Positions 19,512 through 27,493 of a DNA stretch of 64,000 nucleotides are shown in pieces; positions within the stretch are counted from its first letter, which is position 1, and each line of letters opens with the position of its first letter. The notes below the pieces were generated by a model. It made no database searches. It was not told the origin of the DNA and saw nothing but the letters and a program-made list of their open reading frames with translations. The DNA is from Chloroflexota bacterium (GTDB lineage: Bacteria; Chloroflexota; UBA11872; VXOZ01), in NCBI GenBank assembly GCA_965221905.1, contig OZ244922.1, positions 2,112,001-2,176,000 of the forward strand, given 5' to 3'. Made by a program: the position numbers and the translations under genes.

Positions 19512-22005
19512 GCCCGTGACCGTGGTCGTGCAAGCGTCCTTGAAGATGCGCTTTGGCATGCTGGAAAACCTGTCGCACACCGTTGTGTCGCTCAGCATCT
19601 CCACGCGTCGCAAGGGTGTCGAGCCAGGTCAGTCCGCCATCCAGAATTGTCATCATGTAAGTCGCGTCGCTGGGATTGAAGAGTTCCTGGTTATCGGCCA
19701 CGACGTACACCGGCGACGTGTGCGCCGCCACGTTTACGACCCAATAGTGCTGCACTTCCAGCGAGCTCACGCAGCGTGCCGCTATCCAGCCGCTCCCGTT
19801 GAGCTTCACTTCCCGGCTAAGCCGACAGGTCTTGCTACCGCTCGGCACTGTTTCCGTTGCAACCACGGCGCCGTTGCATACGATTTGAAGCTCGTGGAAC
19901 GGCAGCACCGATTCCACCCAAGCCTCGACTGTTAGCGTGCCGCCGCCGTTTGGCAACTTCAGCTCGTCGCCGGGGTGTTTCCCTTCAACCCGCACGTCTA
20001 TTAGCGGCCCGCTCGTTGTAAAAGTACGTCCTTGGCGGACGGCCCGTGCCCAGGTGTCAAAGGAAAAGTCATCCTGCAGCAGGGCGTACGTGCGCACGCC
20101 GCCGACCGGAATCCCTGCGCTCATTTTGTCCGTGCCGCCCACGGCAGCAACCCGGTAACCGTTGTTGAGAAACCGGTACCACTCGTGTATCCCGAATTGT
20201 TCCATGTTGGCAGTGAAGTACTTCATCTCTACCGCATCTACCTTACCGAGAACGATCTCCGCCACTGCTTCGGTATAGGGGTTCGGGAAGTGCGGAATGA
20301 CCACCAGGCCGTCGCGCTCGCGCGCGCGGTCCGCCCACTCACTCATGCTGCTGAGCACTGGATCTCCAATGTAGCTTTCACCGGGCCCGCCTGTGGTCAT
20401 GGGATACACCGGTTCGCCCTTCACTCCCAGCAGGCTGATGTGTCCCAGCAAATGCTGGCGATTCTCCGTACCCACATACACCACAGTGTCGTCCCTGCTG
20501 ACCCCGGAAACGTCGCCGGTGATATCCCCGACGTTCGTATAGAGATCGCCCCATTGGGAAGCGAGGAGGTTTATCAGATTCACGCCCTCCGCTTGGCCTT
20601 CAAGCCATGCCGTCTGTGGTGAAATGAAGTGCACGTGTGTGTCGGCGGTAACCCAGCCGTTTGCGCGCCAGTTCAGCGGACGCGCCAGCTTGAGCGTGAG
20701 TTCGCGTTGGCCGGGCGCGATATTGATCCGTTGGCGTAACGGTTGGTACTCAAACCCCTTGAAGATCTCAACGAACACATCACCTACCGGTAGCTCGATC
20801 TGGAATGTACCGTCAACGTAAGCGTACTGGGTCGTGCCTAGTTTCAGATCGCCGGCGTAATCTTCAAACCAGTTGTCATTCACTTCATGGCGATGACCGT
20901 ACGGTGGCAAGTAGCGGCCGTCGGGCGACCGGAAGTGGACGCGTGCAGCGGTGGGCTTGTCCGTAGTCGCATCTTCCAACCGCACGTGGACCCATGCACG
21001 TTCCGGGGTGAGGACCTCAACCAGGACTTTGCCGTCGCCGCTCTTGCTCTGACCCGTTTCGTAAAGCGAATCCATTGGCACGGCGCGACCGGCCACCTCC
21101 AGCGTGGCGTCAGGGCTGGCGGTCACATCCACGATGAGGGAATTCCCATCTTCTTTGCTCTCTGCCTCGCCCAAGCCGAGCGCTTCGTCCCTGAGCCAAG
21201 TATCCGGGTCGAACGCCGGTACCGCATACTTGCGCGCCAAGGTACCAAGGTCCACGGTCACCGGGGTGTCTTCGGGCGGCGCGCCATCCATTTCAGGCGG
21301 CAGCACTATGCGAAAGCTCTCCAATTGATTGTGGCGTAGGGGATGATGCTTGCCTGTAAACAGGGTGATGCCGGCAACCACCACGTTTCCGCTGCCGGTG
21401 GCAGCCAAGTGCAACGATTCCACAGTCTTTTCAGGGTACGGATTCGGTAAGGCGTAGATCCAATAGTATGACGATGTTCTTGCCCGCGACATTGCAATGC
21501 CCGTCTGCCAGTGCCCCCATGAGCCGCGAGGATACGGCCCGTTGATGTCCACCGGCTCCGTGGCATTCTGCGGCCGGGCGGCAAAGGCCATTTGTCCCCA
21601 AGCTACCGTCGAGTTGATCTCGAACCGCCGTCGGACCGGCTGCGACTGTTCGTCGCCGTCGGCGTATCCAAGCGTATAGGCAGCAAGCTGTTCGCCAGGT
21701 TGCATGACCATGCCGGTCATTCCGGGATTCTCTGATACACCTGGTTCTGCGTCACAGAAGTGCGCAATGACAAAATGCGTGATGCCGCTGCGGCCAACCG
21801 GTACGGCAACTCCATCTTTGCTCAACCTAATCCAGCTCTTGGTTGCATCTGAAGCCCCTAGCTCGAATGGAATTCCCCAATACGCTTGCTCTCCGTCCGG
21901 CAGGTTGTCCAGTTCACCCGCTACGGGACCATCCCAAGAGGACACGTCGTCTTGGCGCGCGGCATTTCGCACTGCCGACAGATCAAGAGGTATAGCGTGT
22001 ACCAT
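19501..22005 (-). CDS. CehA/McbA family metallohydrolase (carbamate hydrolase homolog, PHP-like C-terminal domain)
   Basis: ADTHVHF, GTENRQHLLGHI, IPHFP, GGTDKM, GRTFTTSGP, AHTSPVYV; AGGAGG RBS before ATG 22005. Confidence 0.85.
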   Translation of the reverse strand: MVHAIPLDLSAVRNAARQDDVSSWDGPVAGELDNLPDGEQAYWGIPFELGASDATKSWIRLSKDGVAVPVGRSGITHFVIAHFCDAEPGVSENPGMTGMVMQPGEQLAAYTLGYADGDEQSQPVRRRFEINSTVAWGQMAFAARPQNATEPVDINGPYPRGSWGHWQTGIAMSRARTSSYYWIYALPNPYPEKTVESLHLAATGSGNVVVAGITLFTGKHHPLRHNQLESFRIVLPPEMDGAPPEDTPVTVDLGTLARKYAVPAFDPDTWLRDEALGLGEAESKEDGNSLIVDVTASPDATLEVAGRAVPMDSLYETGQSKSGDGKVLVEVLTPERAWVHVRLEDATTDKPTAARVHFRSPDGRYLPPYGHRHEVNDNWFEDYAGDLKLGTTQYAYVDGTFQIELPVGDVFVEIFKGFEYQPLRQRINIAPGQRELTLKLARPLNWRANGWVTADTHVHFISPQTAWLEGQAEGVNLINLLASQWGDLYTNVGDITGDVSGVSRDDTVVYVGTENRQHLLGHISLLGVKGEPVYPMTTGGPGESYIGDPVLSSMSEWADRARERDGLVVIPHFPNPYTEAVAEIVLGKVDAVEMKYFTANMEQFGIHEWYRFLNNGYRVAAVGGTDKMSAGIPVGGVRTYALLQDDFSFDTWARAVRQGRTFTTSGPLIDVRVEGKHPGDELKLPNGGGTLTVEAWVESVLPFHELQIVCNGAVVATETVPSGSKTCRLSREVKLNGSGWIAARCVSSLEVQHYWVVNVAAHTSPVYVVADNQELFNPSDATYMMTILDGGLTWLDTLATRGDAERHNGVRQVFQHAKAHLQGRLHDHGHGHER

Positions 22006-22131
22006 CAATGCCCTCCTCATAAGGCCGTGGTCGAGGTAATTGGGAGTTTTCACACCCGGAATCTAACTGTGACTGCACGGTACCATGAACCCGTCAAGAG
22101 CAACACTAAGAAGCTCAACGGGGCAGCGGGA

Positions 22132-23088
22132 CTACTGCAGATGCGGGTTTTGAGGGTTCATGTCCTGCACGGCTTGCAGTGCCTGCATAGTTGGCAAGAC
22201 CGCTTCACCGGATACCATTGGTTCTCGCTCTTGGCGGAGCGCGCTGATGAATTCGATATTCTGCAAATACCCGGCGCTGGCTTCCTCATTTTCGCCACCG
22301 GCAGCCACTATCTGATCATTAGGATCAACCAGTCTTCTATCCCGGACCATCAACGTGGTCTCTTCACCAATGATCAGGATTTCGAGGAGAGGACGCATAG
22401 TGTTGTAGGAGAGCGCGCACGATACGATTTGGTCGCGTTGCGTACGCAGCGACACCGCCAGATCTAGAGGAATTCCAAGCTCTTGGTGCGGCGGCCCCAT
22501 GTAGCCCGCAATATCTTTGGCGGGCTCCCCCAGCAGCCAGAGCGCTGTATCTACCGCATGGCACCCGTGGTGCCAGAGCAAGTTGTCGGTCCACGAGCGT
22601 CGCCGTCCTTGCCAATTCACGTTCTCTCGGCGCAGGAACCCATAGTGAATATACAGGCTGTGAACATGCAACTCGCCTTCGGCAATGCGCTGCCGCACTG
22701 CCGACAGCGTCGGCCAAAAGCGCATGGTATGGGCGACCATCATGGTGCGGCCCTTCTGTTCGGCAAGCGCAGTGAGCATCTCGGACTCTTGTAGGGAGAG
22801 GGCGAGAGGGATCTCCACCAGCACGTGTTTGCCGGCCTCGAGCGCAGCCTGTGTTTGCGCTGCATGCCTCGCGCTGGGCGACGTGACGACGACCGCGTCT
22901 ATGTCATCTTGCGCCAGTGCTTCCGCGAGGTCCACCGTTGCCAAGGAAGCGCCGCACTTCTGCGCGAACGCCTGCGTTGGCTCCAAGAGCCGCCCGACCA
23001 CCGCCGTAATCTGAACACCGGGTATCCGGGCAAACGACCGACGATGGACATCGGCGATACTGCCGTACCCCACCATACATAGATTCAT
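22132..23088 (-). CDS. Gfo/Idh/MocA oxidoreductase, LigC (CHMS dehydrogenase)-like
   Basis: KHVLVEIP (not EKP) and FLRRENVN...RSWTDNLLWHHGCHAVD resemble the LigC/PmdC signature. Confidence 0.8.
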   Translation of the reverse strand: MNLCMVGYGSIADVHRRSFARIPGVQITAVVGRLLEPTQAFAQKCGASLATVDLAEALAQDDIDAVVVTSPSARHAAQTQAALEAGKHVLVEIPLALSLQESEMLTALAEQKGRTMMVAHTMRFWPTLSAVRQRIAEGELHVHSLYIHYGFLRRENVNWQGRRRSWTDNLLWHHGCHAVDTALWLLGEPAKDIAGYMGPPHQELGIPLDLAVSLRTQRDQIVSCALSYNTMRPLLEILIIGEETTLMVRDRRLVDPNDQIVAAGGENEEASAGYLQNIEFISALRQEREPMVSGEAVLPTMQALQAVQDMNPQNPHLQ

Positions 23089-23225
23089 CGCGTGACTCTC
23101 ACTCTCATTGCAAGCTTCAAAGAGGCGCAACCCTTGAGCAGGACACCGCCCAACACACTAAACCTTGCACGAATTCCAAAGTAACCCGGCCCGGCCTTCG
23201 CGCCTCATGCGCTCTGCAATCGGCG

Positions 23226-23678
23226 TCAGCGCGTGTGGCCGACGAGGCTCGTGGTAGTTACTGCCTCTGCCAAGACTTCCTCGGTAATTTCGCCATCGGG
23301 CCTTTTGGGAATGACAAAGGCGCGACGGTTTACGTCGGTATCCACCACTTGCAGCGTTTCGTCGGGTCCAAGTTCGGTGCCCATCTGCTTTAGCCAAGCT
23401 GCGGGATCACTGATGATGGCGGTCTTGTAGTTCGGGTCTTTCCAAAAGTGGGGTGCCCCGCCTAAGAATGACGGGTAACAGCTACACGGCGTGCAGATAA
23501 TCATGTGATGCGTGGAGCCAGTATTGTCATAAACGGCCAGGGACAGATGACCCGGCACGTCGATATTGAGTTCCTCCAGTGCTCCACGTGGATCGCGCAG
23601 CAGCAGGTTCCTGAAGTTCCCATCTTCCCAGACACGCTTGATCACTCTTCGCGCGTCAAGATTGTCAGCCTGTGTCAT
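23226..23678 (-). CDS. Short nitrile hydratase alpha / thiocyanate hydrolase gamma-like protein
   Basis: W.D..F..LL..P, DNT...HHMIICTPCSCYP, FVIPKRP, AVT..SLVG; AAGGAG RBS. Confidence 0.85.
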   Translation of the reverse strand: MTQADNLDARRVIKRVWEDGNFRNLLLRDPRGALEELNIDVPGHLSLAVYDNTGSTHHMIICTPCSCYPSFLGGAPHFWKDPNYKTAIISDPAAWLKQMGTELGPDETLQVVDTDVNRRAFVIPKRPDGEITEEVLAEAVTTTSLVGHTR

Positions 23679-23834
23679 TTGGTGTCTCCTTTGTGTATCG
23701 GGACTAGCATACCATATACTTTCGGATACACCTGCGATTGGTTCCCGGTGTCACAGTCCACGATAGGCTCATATGCCTTGAGATCGACATAGGTTGTTGC
23801 GAATTATTGTATAACGTGATCAGTTGCCCGCATC

Positions 23835-23863
23835 TTGCCAAGAAACTGTCAACTCGATATAAT
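23835..23863 (+). promoter_or_regulatory. Sigma70-type promoter for tRNA-Gly
   Basis: TTGCCA-17 nt-TATAAT. Confidence 0.75.
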
Positions 23864-23881
23864 GATTGCGTGTCAAAGTGT

Positions 23882-23953
23882 GCGGAAGTGGCTCAGAGGT
23901 AGAGCATCACCTTGCCAAGGTGAGGGTCACGGGTTCGAATCCCGTCTTCCGCT
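23882..23953 (+). tRNA. tRNA-Gly(GCC), CCA not encoded
   Basis: GCGGAAG/CTTCCGC acceptor stem, TCACC-TTGCCAA-GGTGA anticodon arm, TTCGAAT T-loop. Confidence 0.97.
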
Positions 23954-23983
23954 CCCGGCGAGTCACGAGAACGCCGACGTTAG

Positions 23984-24020
23984 AGAAAAAGAGCGCTGCT
24001 AAGGCTGCGCCTCTTTTTTT
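23984..24020 (+). terminator. Probable intrinsic terminator after tRNA-Gly
   Basis: AAAAAGAG-CGC...GCG-CCTCTTTTTTT imperfect stem followed by a U-tract. Confidence 0.55.
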
Positions 24021-24105
24021 GCTATGTCACGAACTTTCGCGAAAACTGAAGAGTTAGATACCTGCACCTTCAACGGTGTTGCGGTAAGGGAGAGCATACA
24101 CGGCA

Positions 24106-25542
24106 ATGATGATCACGGTAGAGTCGGAACAACTCGAAAAGAGCCGGGTGAAACTTACGGTGGATGTGCCGCTCGAAGAGGTTGAGACGGCTTACAAGCG
24201 TGCCGTACGCCGTGTCAGCGACAAGGTCAATATTCCCGGATTCCGCCGCGGCCGTGCGCCGCAGGCCCTGGTAGAGCGACACGCCGGGGTAGAATCGGTC
24301 TTCCGCGAAGCACTCGATCGTCTGGTGCCTGAGGCGTATGCGGAAGCAGTAAATCAGGCGGAAATCCAGCCTGTGGGTAATCCGGAACTCGAGTTGCTGC
24401 AAGCCGAGAAAGATGAAGCGGTGTCATTCGCCGCCACGGTGCCGGTGAAACCGGAAGTTGATACGGGTGACTACCGGGCCATCCAGATTACCAAGGAAAA
24501 GCGGCTCGTAACCGAAGAAGACATTGAAGTTGTGCTGAGAAGCCTCGAACAGCAAATGGTGCAGTGGGACGACGTCGAACGTCCTGTAGAAATCGGTGAT
24601 CGCGTCAGTCTGGACTTGCGCATCAGCGTAGAAGGCCGCACCGTCAGCAATACGCCTGGCGCCAACCTGATTATTGGCGAGAACACCATGCCGGAAGGGT
24701 TCGACGAAGCCGCCACCGGTATGGTCGCCGACCAAGAACGTTCCTTCATTCTCTTGTTGCCGGAAGACTATGCCGTCGAAGCGGTTCGCGGTAAGTCGGC
24801 TGACTTTGAGATCAAGGTGCTGGGCACGTCGGAGAAAAGACTCCTGGGGTTGACTGACGAATTAGCGAAGACCACAGGCGGATTCGAGACTATCGTTGAC
24901 CTGCGAGCGGACGTGCGCAAGCGCTTGGAAGAGCGTGCCGAGCAGGACGCCGAGCAACAGGCCGAGAACACCCTCGTCCAAGAGCTTTTATCCGGCGCCA
25001 CGTTCGAAGTGCCGGATGTCCTAATCGAGGAACAGGCCCAGCGCTTGGAGCAGCGTGAAGCCTTTGAAGCATCGCAGCGGGGCATACCCAAAGAATACTA
25101 CCTCCAGATGATCAATCTCTCGGAAGAAGATTGGAAGCAACGCATTTTTGAACGGGCAGAAGGCATGGTGCGCAACTTCATTGCGATCGATGCTGTAGCC
25201 AGTCAAGAAGACATTATTGTCCCTGTCGAAGAAATCGAGGCGGAAATTGTGCAGAGCATGGCAAACTATCGTAATCAAATCGCGCAGCAAGAGCAACAAG
25301 CAGGGATGATCGTAACAGAGAAGCAGCCGTCGAAGGACGAAATTCAGGCGCAATTTCAGAAGATGCAGCAATATCTGAATAGTGAAGCCTCGCGCACCAA
25401 CATCGCCATGAATCTGCGCATGCGTAAGACGATCGACTTCCTGAAAGAGACCGTCAAAATTGAGGAAGTCACTGTGGAAGCCAAACCGGAAGAAATACCG
25501 GATGCAGAATCCTCGATTGAAACACCGGCCCCACAGTCCTAG
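24106..25542 (+). CDS. tig: Trigger factor
   Basis: IPGFRRGRAP ribosome-binding motif, FKBP-like middle domain, C-terminal chaperone domain. Confidence 0.95.
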   Translation: MMITVESEQLEKSRVKLTVDVPLEEVETAYKRAVRRVSDKVNIPGFRRGRAPQALVERHAGVESVFREALDRLVPEAYAEAVNQAEIQPVGNPELELLQAEKDEAVSFAATVPVKPEVDTGDYRAIQITKEKRLVTEEDIEVVLRSLEQQMVQWDDVERPVEIGDRVSLDLRISVEGRTVSNTPGANLIIGENTMPEGFDEAATGMVADQERSFILLLPEDYAVEAVRGKSADFEIKVLGTSEKRLLGLTDELAKTTGGFETIVDLRADVRKRLEERAEQDAEQQAENTLVQELLSGATFEVPDVLIEEQAQRLEQREAFEASQRGIPKEYYLQMINLSEEDWKQRIFERAEGMVRNFIAIDAVASQEDIIVPVEEIEAEIVQSMANYRNQIAQQEQQAGMIVTEKQPSKDEIQAQFQKMQQYLNSEASRTNIAMNLRMRKTIDFLKETVKIEEVTVEAKPEEIPDAESSIETPAPQS

Positions 25543-25606
25543 ACTCAGCTTCTCTGTTACTGCGGGATGAGGCTACATGTGGAAACTAACGCACACCGCT
25601 GATTTG

Positions 25607-25639
25607 AGACCGACATCTGATTTTGGATGTCGGTCTTTT
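25607..25639 (+). terminator. Intrinsic terminator after tig
   Basis: AGACCGACATCT...GGATGTCGGTCT followed by TTT. Confidence 0.75.
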
Positions 25640-25695
25640 GCTTTTCGTGCCGCTGTATCCATCTTTGCGCTGCACTGTGCACTTGAGGCGATCCG

Positions 25696-26703
25696 ATGAG
25701 CGCTCCGCCGAGCAATCAGATGCAAGAAGGTACAGTCCTGCGGGTTTCACGTGGGGAATACGTCGTAAAGACCGATTTCGGCACGTTTAACTGCAAGCTT
25801 CGAGGAAAGTTGCGCAAGGAGTTTGTCTACTCCACGAGCAAGAGCAGAGCGCCCCGCGTGCAGAGGGTACAGCCAACCCAATCACGTTCTCCCGTTAGCA
25901 TCGGCGATCACGTACGCATTCGTTCGTTTGGGCCAGGCACCGGCGTGATCGAAGAGATTCTGCGGGATGATGACGAGACGTGGGGAATCATACGCCAAGC
26001 TCCTGAGAGCAAGCGTGCTCACGTGCTTGCGGCGAATGTCGACCAAATTGTGATTGTGCTGGCAGCCTCGGAACCGTCGCCGGACTTTATTCTGCTCGAC
26101 CGCTACCTTGTGATCGCCGAGTACCACACTCTGCCCACGCTCTTGGTGCTAAATAAGATTGACCGGGGCATTCCGGCTGAAGTTGTGGAAGAGTTTTCCG
26201 GTTATCAACGCCTTGGCTACACCGTACTCCATACGAGTGTCCCGGACTGCAGCGGGATAGCAACGTTGCGGGATACATTGCAGGGCATGCGGACTGTCTT
26301 TAGCGGAGTTTCCGGCGTCGGCAAGTCGTCTCTCATAAACCGTCTAGCGGCAAGCTCCGAACTGCCGACGGGCGCCGTTGGCGCGAAAGGCGAAGGTCGC
26401 CACATCACCACACGCTCCGAAACAATCACGCTCGACGAAGAATCCCTTGTGATGGATACGCCGGGGCTGCGTAAGTTGACCTCCTGGAGCATTCTGCCCG
26501 AGGACCTGCCCCATCTATTTCCTGAAATCCGTAAGCTGATAGGTACATGCCGGTTCCGTGACTGTGCGCATCTCGACGAGCCCGGCTGCGCTGTAGGGAT
26601 GGCACGGGACGCCGGCGACATGGCGCCGCGCCGCTATAGGAGCTACGTGCTCTTCTACCACGAGCTTTCCTCACAAAACCTGGCGCCCTGGGAACAGGCA
26701 TGA
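25696..26703 (+). CDS. rsgA: Ribosome small subunit-dependent GTPase A
   Basis: AANVD, NKID, GVSGVGKSS, GRHITT, DTPG, CRFRDCAHLDEPGC. Confidence 0.95.
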   Translation: MSAPPSNQMQEGTVLRVSRGEYVVKTDFGTFNCKLRGKLRKEFVYSTSKSRAPRVQRVQPTQSRSPVSIGDHVRIRSFGPGTGVIEEILRDDDETWGIIRQAPESKRAHVLAANVDQIVIVLAASEPSPDFILLDRYLVIAEYHTLPTLLVLNKIDRGIPAEVVEEFSGYQRLGYTVLHTSVPDCSGIATLRDTLQGMRTVFSGVSGVGKSSLINRLAASSELPTGAVGAKGEGRHITTRSETITLDEESLVMDTPGLRKLTSWSILPEDLPHLFPEIRKLIGTCRFRDCAHLDEPGCAVGMARDAGDMAPRRYRSYVLFYHELSSQNLAPWEQA

Positions 26704-26845
26704 GATGGTTCGGCATACTTTCTGCCTCCCGGATACGCATGGCCGGACTACGATGCTCGGCGCATCCTCGCGCCCCAAATTGACCGGTAACGAGTCTGTC
26801 GCTTACTCTATTCACCATACAAAGACTTTAGCGTTAGGGGTCTGA

Positions 26846-27493
26846 GTGGCGGTGAATACTCCAAAGCAAGCAGCATGTGAATTGGTGTCTCCCGTAAACC
26901 AAACTTCTCGACCGCTTCTAATAGTGCTTTCCGGTCCATCGGGAGCGGGAAAAGACTCGATTATCGACGGCCTCATCGATAGAGGGATCGCGTTCTATCG
27001 GGCGATCACCGCAGTCACTCGTGATCCGCGTCCGGGGGAAATTAGTGGCACTCACCATTACTTTCTGACCCCGGAAGAATTCCTGCAGTGGGAATCCCAA
27101 GGGAAGTTCCTGGAAACCGCAATCGTTTACGGGCACCGCTACGGTACGCCGCTGCATGAAGTCGTGGAGGCGATGGACACGGGACGTGACGTTCTCTTGC
27201 GGGTGGACGTGCAGGGAGCCGCTTCAATCCGCCAGCGCATGTCGAAGAGCATCCACATATTCATTGGAGTACCGGACCTCTCCTTGGAAACCTTTCAGGA
27301 GCGCAGAGACCACCGTGGCGCCGAATCGCCTGAAGATAGAGCAGAACGCGATTCTCTCCTGCGGGAAGAGCTCGCGGCTATTCCCCATTTCGACTATTAT
27401 GTGACCAATGAAACCGGTAAGATTGACCGGGCCATAGACCAAGTTAGCGCCATCATCACGGCGGAAAAGTGTCGGATTTGCCCGCGCGGGTGA
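26846..27493 (+). CDS. gmk: Guanylate kinase
   Basis: LSGPSGAGKDS, TRDPRPGE, YGHRYGT, VDVQGA. Confidence 0.95.
   Translation: MAVNTPKQAACELVSPVNQTSRPLLIVLSGPSGAGKDSIIDGLIDRGIAFYRAITAVTRDPRPGEISGTHHYFLTPEEFLQWESQGKFLETAIVYGHRYGTPLHEVVEAMDTGRDVLLRVDVQGAASIRQRMSKSIHIFIGVPDLSLETFQERRDHRGAESPEDRAERDSLLREELAAIPHFDYYVTNETGKIDRAIDQVSAIITAEKCRICPRG

Noticed and set aside
23226-23678. NHLP-type RiPP precursor interpretation
   Set aside because: Retains the CxxCSC metal motif, has no GG-core tail, and no YcaO/LanM/transporter is nearby
23882-24020. tRNA-Gly as an island integration site
   Set aside because: No integrase or duplicated tRNA 3' end seen; tig follows directly
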